DNA from: Candidatus Altimarinota bacterium
GTDB lineage: Bacteria; Patescibacteriota; Gracilibacteria; BD1-5; UBA6164
NCBI GenBank assembly: GCA_035905775.1
Contig: JAMIGJ010000044.1
Span: 2-64,001 of the forward strand
Direction: 5' to 3'
Length of the DNA: 64,000 nucleotides
Positions 32,822-41,907 of the stretch are shown here, piece by piece. The notes beneath the pieces are model-generated. The model was not told the DNA's origin, made no database searches, and saw nothing but the letters and a program-made list of their open reading frames with translations. Both the position numbers and the translations under genes were made by a program. Numbering within the stretch: the first letter of the stretch is position 1; each line of letters opens with the position of its first letter.

Positions 32822-34150
32822 ATGATTGACTATGCAGGAGGGAAGTATTTTATGAACGAACTTTCAAAAAAAGGTTTCAAGGCAAACTTCTTTTGTAGTA
32901 CCAGCTATCTTTCATGACTCAAAAAATATGCAAAAAAGCATCATATCACAAAATATGTTCTGGTAAAACCACTCGAGGACTATGTGTATAAAAATTTTTT
33001 AAAAATCCAAAAAGAGCTTGAGAAAGCCTCAGTTGAACTCGAATTTCTCCCTGATACTCAGAGTTTTTTCCTGAGTCACGAAGATTTTTTGAAGCAATAC
33101 CAAAAACCTCCCATTCTCGAGTATTTTTATCGCTTTATGCGAAAGAGAGAACATATCTTAGTGGGTGAAAATAATGAGCCTCTTGGAGGAAAATGGAACT
33201 ATGACGAAGAAAATCGCAAATTTGATAAAAGCCATAGTAGATCTTGGAATTTCTCTCTCGAAAAAAATAGCTTTGTGCTGGAGGCAGAAGAATATTATAA
33301 TGGAGCACTATTTCCAAACTTAATCCCTACGAACCGTCCTGAAGCTTTGAAGCTTTTAGAGTATTTTTGTGAGCATCATCTTGCTGATTTTGGGAGACTT
33401 GAAGATGCGATGTATGAGACAGATAATTATGTGCATCATAGCCTGCTTTCCACTGCCATAAATTTTTGATTTCTCTCTCCAAGAGAAGTACTTGAGAGAG
33501 CGCTCTCCCAGGCAAATATTCCTCTTTCGAGTTTAGAGGGATTTGTCAGACAAATTTTAGGGTGGAGAGAATATATGTATCACTTTTTCCAGTTTTATAA
33601 AGACACTATACACACAGAAAATCATTTTTCTCATACTCGAAGTCTGCCATCATACTTTTGGAAGGATGCAGAGATTTGTGAGATGAATTGTCTTTTTCGA
33701 ACCTTGAAACAGGTACAAACCGAGCATTACTCGCACCATATCCAACGACTCATGGTTATCGGAAATTTTGCCTTACTTTCGGGACTTGATCCGCATGAAC
33801 TCAATAGATGGTTTTTTGAGTACTATACCGACGCATTTGAGTGGGTGGTAACTCCCAATGTTCTCTCGATGAGCCAATTTGCAGACGGAGGAAAACTTGC
33901 AACCAAACCCTATATAGCATCAGCCAATTATATCTCTGGGATGTCCGATTATTGCAAAAATTGTTACTATGATGCCAAAGAAAAATACACAGAAAATGCC
34001 TGTCCCCTCAACTATCTCTACTGGGATTTTGTCGCGCAAAATAAAACTGCCTTTGAAAAAAGACAGCCCTTTATCGTAAAAAATCTTGCAAAAATAGATA
34101 TTGAAAAAGTGAGGGAGCAGAAGGAGAGGTTTTTAGGGAAGATAATCTAG
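32822..34150 (+). CDS. FeS-BCP / (6-4) photolyase-like protein (COG3046 type), N-terminus apparently short
   Basis: Motifs EYFYRFMRK, GGKWNYDEENRK, RQILGWREY and the Cys cluster YCKNCYYD...CPLNYLYWDF. Start is uncertain (ATG 32822 or 32852). Confidence 0.75.
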
Positions 34151-34567
34151 ACTTATTTTTCATAATTCAGTCCCAGTACCGTCTGCTACTTGAATATCAG
34201 TAGGAATCATATAGATTATAATTCCATTATCATAAATTGCTCAAGGTATAATACTCGTATCTATTACATCTTTATAAGCTTTTCATATATCATCTCTTCA
34301 AGGAAAAATATTGTCAAATTCAGTTGGCTTCTTTCAAGTGTGTAAAATAATTCTCACATTTTCCCATCGTTTATCTCTCTTTATTTGATTTCGAGCATCA
34401 GCTATTAGTCTATCAAATTCTTTGATTTCTATTCAAGAAGTATTTTTAAATTGTTCAGGTGTCATAAAAATTTCTCAATCTAAAACTGCTTGAACTGCAT
34501 TTCAAGTCTCATCTGGTTTCTGAAATACTCTTCTATCTTTTAAGAATTCTCCTAGAAAAACTTCCAT
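34133..34567 (-). CDS. hypothetical protein (144 aa)
   Basis: Absent from the standard-code track (8 TGA). ATG to TAA verified. Its 3' end overlaps the convergent gene by 18 nt. Confidence 0.5.
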
Positions 34568-34633
34568 AAAACTATTTTATATGATAATAAAAACATTTTA
34601 AAAAATAAAATTATATTGTCAATTAAAAAATAT

Positions 34634-34662
34634 TTGACAGAAAAATACTTATTTTATATAAT
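34634..34662 (+). promoter_or_regulatory. consensus sigma70 promoter
   Basis: TTGACA at 34634-34639, a 17-nt spacer, then TATAAT at 34657-34662. About 70 nt upstream of ATG 34731. Confidence 0.55.
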
Positions 34663-34730
34663 AAGCACGTAAATATATTATGTGCTAATTTAGATATATT
34701 TACAAGATTTTATTTCTTCACTTTTGTATT

Positions 34731-35201
34731 ATGTTTCAAGGAAAAGTATACTCCTACCGTAATATCAACGGTCAGGAAAAAACATTTGAAAAAACATTTG
34801 AGAACTATGATGACTATAAAGCGTTTATAGATTCGGATGAAAATTTTAGACCCTTTGCCCATTTTCCAAGCTTTGGATTTGGAAATTTTGATGCCTTTGA
34901 TCGTTATCTTAATAATTTCTTCACCCAGAGAATTGCTCTCCCATCTCAAAATAATCGCAATCAAGAACTGCTTCCCGTAAGTCTTGAGAAATATGAAGTT
35001 GAGGCACAGCGACTCGAACAAGAAGAACAGCAAAAAGCTCAGAAAAAGACGCTTCTTGAGAAATCTCGCGAGAGGCTTCAAGGCTATCTTGAAAAATTTC
35101 AAACACACAGTAAAAAAGACGAGCGCATCGCTGAGCTCGTTAAAGAAGCCGAAGCAGATATGAAAAAGATTGAAGAGGAACTTGCAAAAATTGCAGGATA
35201 A
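34731..35201 (+). CDS. hypothetical protein (156 aa) with coiled-coil C-terminus
   Basis: Clean ORF with a consensus promoter upstream and a terminator downstream. The antisense ORF in the track is a low-complexity mirror. Confidence 0.65.
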   Translation: MFQGKVYSYRNINGQEKTFEKTFENYDDYKAFIDSDENFRPFAHFPSFGFGNFDAFDRYLNNFFTQRIALPSQNNRNQELLPVSLEKYEVEAQRLEQEEQQKAQKKTLLEKSRERLQGYLEKFQTHSKKDERIAELVKEAEADMKKIEEELAKIAG

Positions 35202-35204
35202 GCA

Positions 35205-35228
35205 AAAGCAGCCATTAGGCTGCTTTTT
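35205..35228 (+). terminator. Rho-independent terminator
   Basis: Stem AAAGCAGCC/GGCTGCTTT with loop ATTA, then T's. Confidence 0.7.
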
Positions 35229-35320
35229 GTTATCTCTTTGATACTTTATTTTCACAAAATCTTTTTTAATTCTTTATATTTGAATTATCATTCGTGATAA
35301 TTATATAAGAATTAAATACT

Positions 35321-35869
35321 ATGCAATCATTACTTTTCTCATTTTATATGGCTACAGAAGCCGAGGTAAAAGAGTTTTTTGATTCACAAATAAAGTGTAA
35401 ATATCAAGGGAGAGTAGAATGAGAGTATAGAAGCGAAATTCCAGCAGGGGAATGTTCAGGAAGATATAATTATTTTGTAAAAAATGATAAAGGATATGTA
35501 TTTCCTTGATGCACATACTTAAGTAATGAGTGTGTTTGAGATGGTATATGTTGAAACTCTAATCTGACAGAAATTTATTGGCCTGAACCTGAAATATGAG
35601 ATTATATATATTGAATTATGAATGATTCATGAAATATATTACGTATTTGAAAACATAATTATGATTCGGATAAAAGTATCCCTGACTGTAAAACTTATTC
35701 TAATATAGCGGATTTTTATTTTCATACATCAGTATCATCAGAGTCTAATGAATATTCAATTTACAGTGTAATTTTCATTTCTTCTGCAATATTTTTTTGC
35801 ATATTTTTTTTATCTTTCATATATAAAAAAATAAAATCCACTAAAAAAATAAGTAAATTTCTAAAATAA
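35321..35869 (+). CDS. Cys-rich protein with C-terminal TM anchor (182 aa)
   Basis: Only visible in code 25 (8 TGA). 7 Cys in the N-terminal two-thirds. C-terminal hydrophobic helix followed by a KK-rich tail. Confidence 0.55.
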
Positions 35870-36976
35870 ACTTAAATTATCTCCAAACTCCATTTCCTCT
35901 ACAAAACTCTCCTCATATCCTCTTACTTTGAGATTTTCAAAGACAGTAAAATCATGTGTTCCCGACTGGATTTGCGCGTAACACACAAGATAAGGGATTT
36001 CAAAACAATTGTAGGACTTCACTTCGGGAGGTCGAACTGAAAGTTCAAGATTATATTTTTTCTGAAAAGATTGTTGTATCATTGCTCGAGGATTTCCCGA
36101 GTTTTTTCCGATGAGAAAAGGGGAGAATGGAGAGTTCTGCGAAAAATACTTCTTATGATTTTCGTGTAAGATACATATGACGTAAGCTTCACGAGTAGGG
36201 AAGGAACTTTTTTTCTTTTCGACTACTGGTTCTAAACTTCCTTGAGTTTGGTAAAATTTTGATTCTTGGAAAGGATATGTTTCCCAGTCAATTCACGAAA
36301 CATTATTGAGAGAAATCGTTGCTCCATAATCCATGAGAGCATTATTGATATCGCGAGATATATTTGTAGCCCCTTTCTCTTTTCAAGGGAGAGGATTCAG
36401 GAGAGAGTTATGAAACTCTCTCATCTGCCCTAGTAACTCCTCTTTCTCCTCTTTCGTCAGCTTTTGAAACTTTGTTCCAAAATAATATCGGGAAAATATT
36501 TTTTCGAGATTGGTATCAAAACTGAGTGTTGGGATATCATAAGCAAAGGCTCGGATAGCTTCAGCCGTATAGGGTCAAACTCAGGGAAGAGTTCGGAGTT
36601 TTTCTGTTTCATGTGGAAAAACTCATCCAAAATCAGTAACTACTTTTTGTGCGGTTTTGAGCATATTACGAGCTCGACTATAGTATCCAAGTCATTTATA
36701 GTAGGGAAAGAAATCTTCATAGCTACACGCTGCGAGGTCTTCCAACGTTGGAAACGCTTTCAAAATAGTTTCAAAATAGAGTTTGACTCGTTCGACTTGT
36801 GTTTGCTGGAGCATCGTTTCTGCAAGCCATACTCGATATCCCAGAGTCTTTTCATCAAAATTATAATCCCTCCAAGGAAGATTTTTTCTTCCATTTTGAA
36901 GATACCATGTTTGTAACTCAGAAAATGGAAATTTTGGAAGCATATTTTGTATATTGCTTGAAAAGATATTTTTCAT
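35861..36976 (-). CDS. mutY: A/G-specific adenine glycosylase MutY lacking the Fe-S cluster cysteines
   Basis: Motifs LPWR, VWLAETMLQQTQV, G(TGA)LGYYSRARN, LPG(TGA)VG(TGA)PYTA and NNALMDYGA. 371 aa in one frame, all triplets checked. Confidence 0.85.
36364..36409 (+). repeat. PE-1 palindromic element copy inside mutY coding sequence
   Basis: TGTAGCCCCTTTCTCTTTTCAAGGGAGAGG followed by ATTCAGGAGAGAG. Read antisense, it encodes NSLLNPLPGKEKGATN. Confidence 0.7.
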
Positions 36977-37016
36977 ATACTATAGGGGTATTATTTTATT
37001 TTTCCAATTTTTCACT

Positions 37017-37445
37017 ATGGAACTTCTCAAACTTTTTTTAACTTTTGGAGTCGGGTATCTCACGATTCTCATTGGGGACTTTTTGTGGCTTGGGCATGGT
37101 GCAAAAAATTTTACGATTCGTGAGTTTGGAGAACTTGTGGTCGTGAAAGACGGATCAATTGATATTAAACTTGGGGTAGGACTTCTCGCGTGGGCAGTGA
37201 TTGTACTTCTTGTGCTCGTATTTGTGACAAAATCAGGATATGCGCACTCTATTTCATCTGCGCTTTTTTGGGGAGCTATGATGGGTTGTCTCAGCTACGC
37301 GATGTATGATCTCACCAATCTCACTTTTTTGAAAAATTATTCTCTTGCTTTTACTCTCGTAGATATTACCTGGGGAACATTCTTGCTTGCGATGGTTTCG
37401 CTTACAATGTATCTCTTTTCACGTTGGATCGAAAAAGTGTTGTAA
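37017..37445 (+). CDS. DUF2177-like membrane protein
   Basis: 142 aa with 4 hydrophobic helices. DFLWLG...YAMYDLTNL...DITWG pattern. Confidence 0.7.
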   Translation: MELLKLFLTFGVGYLTILIGDFLWLGHGAKNFTIREFGELVVVKDGSIDIKLGVGLLAWAVIVLLVLVFVTKSGYAHSISSALFWGAMMGCLSYAMYDLTNLTFLKNYSLAFTLVDITWGTFLLAMVSLTMYLFSRWIEKVL

Positions 37446-37452
37446 TATTTCC

Positions 37453-37480
37453 GTAGAGAACGCAGATCTGCGTTCCCTAC
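37453..37480. repeat. GTAGAGAACG...CGTTCCCTAC hairpin
   Basis: Near-perfect 28-bp palindrome that shares arms with the element at 17821-17870. Confidence 0.55.
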
Positions 37481-37495
37481 ATAATAATTCTGAAT

Positions 37496-38254
37496 ATGAC
37501 CATCCTTCTTATAAGCCTCGCAATTTCCTATATCTTGCTTTTTCTCCTCTCCGTCAAACTCAGAGATAACTCTATCGCAGATATTTTTTGGGGGCTTGGT
37601 TTTATACTTATCGCGTGGGTAACGTATAGCCAAAGTATTGAAACGACCTCTCAAACCATAGTGACCCTTCTCGTAACTGCTTGGGGAGTACGACTTGCAC
37701 TGAATATCGGATCAAAAAAATTTTTGCACACTGGAGAAGATGCTCGCTATGCGAGATGGAGAGCAAGTTGGAAATATTTTTATATCAGAAGCTTTTTACA
37801 AGTTTTTGTATTGCAGGGGATTTTGATGTTTTTTGTGGCAACTCCGATTTGGATTTTAAACTTTGAGAGTGGCTTTCAGGAACATATGATGTTGACGATG
37901 ATGGGATGACTCATAGCACTTTTTGGTCTCATATACGAAACCATTGCAGACTGTGAACTCAGGCAGTTTATCAGAACCAAAGAAGAGGGGCAGATACTTA
38001 CACAGGGCTTACGAAAATTTCACAGGTATCCGCAGTATTTTGGAGAATCAGTGTTTTGGCTCGGGATATCAATTATCGCTGCTCAAATCTCTCTTTGGGC
38101 TTATGCAGGTTGGCTTCTGATTACCTTTCTCCTGCTCTTTGTTTCAGGAGTCCCACTTCTTGAGGCTCGCTACAAAGGGCAGAGAAACTATACGATGTAC
38201 AAGAAAAAAACTCCCGTCTTTTTTCCGGATTATAGAAGACTATGGGAGAGATAA
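37496..38254 (+). CDS. DUF1295 / steroid 5-alpha-reductase-like membrane protein
   Basis: Two track ORFs lie in one frame joined by TGA. GLRKFHRYPQYFGE, with multiple TM helices. Confidence 0.8.
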
Positions 38255-38282
38255 AAAGTTCCTGCATTGCAGGAACTTTTTT
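38255..38282. terminator. bidirectional terminator
   Basis: AAAAGTTCCTGCATTGCAGGAACTTTT sits between convergent genes. Confidence 0.7.
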
Positions 38283-39153
38283 AATAACTCATGGCACCAA
38301 TGACCTTAAGCCCCAGCTGTGCTATCGGCATGAGATTTTCTTTGAGCTTTTGTCGCAGGATCATGAAATCTGCTCGGACGATTGCGAGGAGAAAATGTAT
38401 AGGGAAATTGTTTTCGTACTCACTGTAGGCATGAAATGCTATTGGAAGTACCTTGTAGGTATGTGCGATTTCTTCGGCAATTTGTCCTTCTATATCACTC
38501 ATAATCGCAGGAATCTCTCCAGTCGTGAACTTCTGAGAAACTTTTTTATCGGTTCCATATGAGGCTTGCATCTGTCCGGCATCTGCAAATCTATCTGCTT
38601 TCGCGTAGTGTGCTTTGAGATACTCGAGATAGCTTACGTATTTACAAGCTTCGGTCGTCGTTTCCCGAAGGATATTGAGTTTATTATGAATCGTCTGTGT
38701 ATCGGTGAGCGAACACCCTAGCGTTTCTGCTGTTCGGTCAAGACGTGTGATACGCAGATCGATCTGTCCTCCTACAGTATCATTGAGCTCTCCACTGGCT
38801 TCGCGTTGCAGTTCTTCGAGGAGGAATGTGAGCGAATTTTTTTGTGCTTGGATAAGGGCACATTTATAGATATTTCCTATATTTTTTCGATACAGTGCTT
38901 TTGCAGCATCGAGTGCAGGAGCATGAGAAACGGCATTTTGAAACTGAGAACCAACCCCATCTGCTGATTCATATTCTTCGACACTGTATACTGGTTTTTC
39001 AGATTTATATGTCTCACAGATATTTTTTACTCGACACTCATACATCGAAAAACCATTTTGCGAACCACAAACATCGGACTCTGCTGCATAAGAAGAGCTT
39101 TGCAGTGAAAAAAATACAAAAGCGATACTGGCTACGAGAATGCGAATTTTCAT
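38281..39153 (-). CDS. secreted hypothetical protein (290 aa)
   Basis: Signal peptide MKIRILVASIAFVFFSLQSSSYA. Seven Cys. No in-frame TGA. Looks more GC-rich than its neighbours by eye. Confidence 0.7.
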   Translation of the reverse strand: MKIRILVASIAFVFFSLQSSSYAAESDVCGSQNGFSMYECRVKNICETYKSEKPVYSVEEYESADGVGSQFQNAVSHAPALDAAKALYRKNIGNIYKCALIQAQKNSLTFLLEELQREASGELNDTVGGQIDLRITRLDRTAETLGCSLTDTQTIHNKLNILRETTTEACKYVSYLEYLKAHYAKADRFADAGQMQASYGTDKKVSQKFTTGEIPAIMSDIEGQIAEEIAHTYKVLPIAFHAYSEYENNFPIHFLLAIVRADFMILRQKLKENLMPIAQLGLKVIGAMSY

Positions 39154-39292
39154 GAGAAAATATACGAGTGCAAATATATATATCTAGAGTATAAAGATAG
39201 TTCACGCAGACGCAAGTTTTTCGCTCGGTGCATATTTGACTTGCGAGATATTTTTTTTACTATAAGAGGGAGATATTTTTTAATACAAAAAT

Positions 39293-39931
39293 ATGAGAAC
39301 TTTTTCATTTATTATTACCCTGCTTCTCACCCTTGCGTGGGGCTACACATCTTGGTATTGGTACACCTGTAATATCAAAGGATTTTGTGATGGACAGACT
39401 CCAATTATTACCCAAATACCACAGAGTGACGAACTTTCTGATGATGATTTTATAGCATCTTGAAGTGCTTCGGACGCTCAAAAACTTTCTGCATCAGATG
39501 TATTACTTGAATCACAAAAGAGACAAACACAAAGCTGAAGCAATGAACCAGTTCCAGACACACAAACGGGTACGACTCAGGATGTTAGCTCAAGTGGAGC
39601 ATCTCTTGAAACAGCAGAAGAAAATCTCATAAAAAATTCTGCAGAAGATGACACACAAAATCTCACGATTTGTACGGGAAATTTTGTTAGCCCAGTCGCT
39701 CTTTGAGCTCAAAATGATACAGCACAAGTCGAGCTTTTGGAAAAATTTCTCTTTTCACAGGGAAATACACTAACGATAGATGGAGTATATGACAGTAATG
39801 ATGTTGCGGCAGTAAAGGCATTTCAGCTCGAACATAAAGAGGAAATCCTTGATCCATGGGGGATAGCTGCTCCAACTGGCTACGTCTATACCACTACTAT
39901 TAAAAAGATGAAAGAAATTGCCTGTGAGTAA
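39293..39931 (+). CDS. membrane-anchored protein with peptidoglycan-binding-like domain
   Basis: N-terminal TM helix, a Ser/Thr/Asp-rich linker, then C-terminal DGVYDSNDVAAVKAFQ (PG_binding_1-like). 3 in-frame TGA. Confidence 0.65.
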
Positions 39932-39958
39932 ATAATTTAATTCTTAAAATGAGAGAGT

Positions 39959-40441
39959 ATGTTTCAACCTGGAGCTCCTACTACTACTTTGTTTGATGCA
40001 AGCCTTGAGATAGGAATTATCCTTCTATGAGCCTTTATCTTGGGGATGATGATGGGCTGGATTATAAAACCTCGATATGAGTATGAAACAGATGTACTCG
40101 AAGAAGTTGGAGCAGTAAAACCGAGTTATGCTGCAACAAAAAAAATAGAAAAAAAACCACTTGTGACTCAAACAGAGGGAGAAAATGATGATTTAAAACT
40201 TATTGTTGGGATTAATGCAAAAGTAGAAAAATTTCTTCACGAAAAGGGAATTACAAGTTTTGAAGATATTGTTCGTGAGGATGTAGCTGGACTTGAGGTT
40301 CTGCTTCTTGATGGTGGAGCAAGTTTTCAAAAATATTCTCCTGTTACCTGGCCAGACCAGGCACGACTCGCGGCTCATAAAAAATGGACAGAACTCGAAG
40401 AGTATCAAGAGATACTTGCTCGAAGTGAAAAAAATGTCTAA
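39959..40441 (+). CDS. membrane-anchored helix-hairpin-helix protein (COG3743-like)
   Basis: N-terminal TM helix, then DDLKLIVGINAKVEKFLHEKGITSFEDI and WPDQARLAA. Confidence 0.6.
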
Positions 40442-40475
40442 AAAAATAGTTCTTCCAACAGAAGAACTATTTTTT
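40441..40475. terminator. bidirectional terminator
   Basis: ATAGTTCTTC-CAAC-AGAAGAACTAT flanked by A and T runs. Confidence 0.7.
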
Positions 40476-41787
40476 ATATGACTCGGAGTATTTCTTCAAT
40501 CGTGGTAAAACCTCGTATAGCCTTCAAAATCCCGTCTTCTTTCATGGTAATGAGGTCTCCATTTCGAGCTTCAGAAAGGATAGTTTCCACACTTGCTCCA
40601 CCTCGGATGAGGTTTCGTATATTTTCATTAAGCGTAATAATCTCATAGATTCCAATACGTCCTTTATATCCAGAGTTATTACAGTGTATGCATCCCTTTC
40701 CCTCATAAAGTTTCATATTTTCAGTAGGGAGCTGACTCATCCCAGTTTCTTGCATCATCGCTTCAATGATTGCGATATCCTGAGGAGTTTTTTCTTTTTC
40801 CACTTTACAGTGTGGGCAGATACGTCTCACCAGTCGCTGCGCGATAATCGTATCAAGCGCAGAAGCCAAAATGTAGGGAGGAAGTCACATATTGATGATA
40901 CGATCAAGCGTATCAGCTGCTGATTTGGTATGCAGGGTTGAAAGCACGAGATGTCCCGTAAGGGAAGCACTGGTTGCGGTTTGGAGGGTTTCAAAATCTC
41001 GGATTTCCCCAACCATGATGATATTAGGGTCTTGCCTCAAACACGCTTTGAGTCCAGAAGCAAAGGTCACTCCATTTTTATCATCGATTTCTGACTGTAC
41101 AATTCCGTCGAGTTGATACTCTATCGGATCTTCGAGGGTGATTATTTTTTTCTCGCGACTATTGAGCTTGGCAAGCATCGTATAGAGGGAAGTTGTCTTT
41201 CCAGATCCAGTAGGTCCAGTCACGAGAAGCATCCCAGCTTTTTTTTGGAGGGCACGCTCAAGCATACGTTTTGAAGTCCAATAAAATCCAAGTTCTTCAA
41301 AGTCTATCACCACTCCTTTTGAATCGAGGATACGACACACGATATTTTCTCCCCAGTGAATCGGGAGGGTAGAAACACGGATATCAAGCTTTTTTCCTTC
41401 ATCGAGTTTGAGAGCATATTTCCCATCTTGAGGGATAGTGCTTATATTAAGCTTGAGATTTGCTGCATACTTGAGACGTTCCACTATTTTTTTATACTGC
41501 GTGTGACCCAGTCGAAAAATATCAACCAAAATTCCATCAATACGAAATCGAACGACGACATATTCTTCGTAGCACTCATAGTGCACATCACTACTTCCTA
41601 CCACGAGAGCTCAAAGCGTGATATCACGCAGTACTTCTGCGGTATCTTGTTTTTCGAGTCATTTTTTTACCTGATCTTCAATCTTTGAAAATCGCTCAGA
41701 CTGATACTCACGGACTTCTTCTTGAGAGAGTATTTCCTGTTTGAGAGCTTCGCTTGTTATTTTTTTAGATTTTTTTACTCCAGGCAT
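40474..41787 (-). CDS. type II/IV secretion ATPase (PilB/GspE family), short form
   Basis: Three track ORFs lie in one frame. Walker A GPTGSGKTT, an Asp box, His box LVLSTLHT, and CPHC...CIHC. Confidence 0.85.
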
Positions 41788-41907
41788 ACGGCAGACATAA
41801 ATATATATACTCCAAGCATAGTATATTTTTGAGAAAAATGCAAAAAATGCTATATGAAACACAGTAAAATCATTTCTCTCTCTATTTTTTGTCAGCAGTA
41901 AAAAAAT

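Noticed and set aside
34710-35255. 181-aa minus-strand ORF overlapping the 156-aa plus-strand gene.
   Set aside because: It is a low-complexity Phe/Lys/Leu mirror of a Glu/Lys-rich coding strand. The plus strand has a consensus promoter and a terminator.
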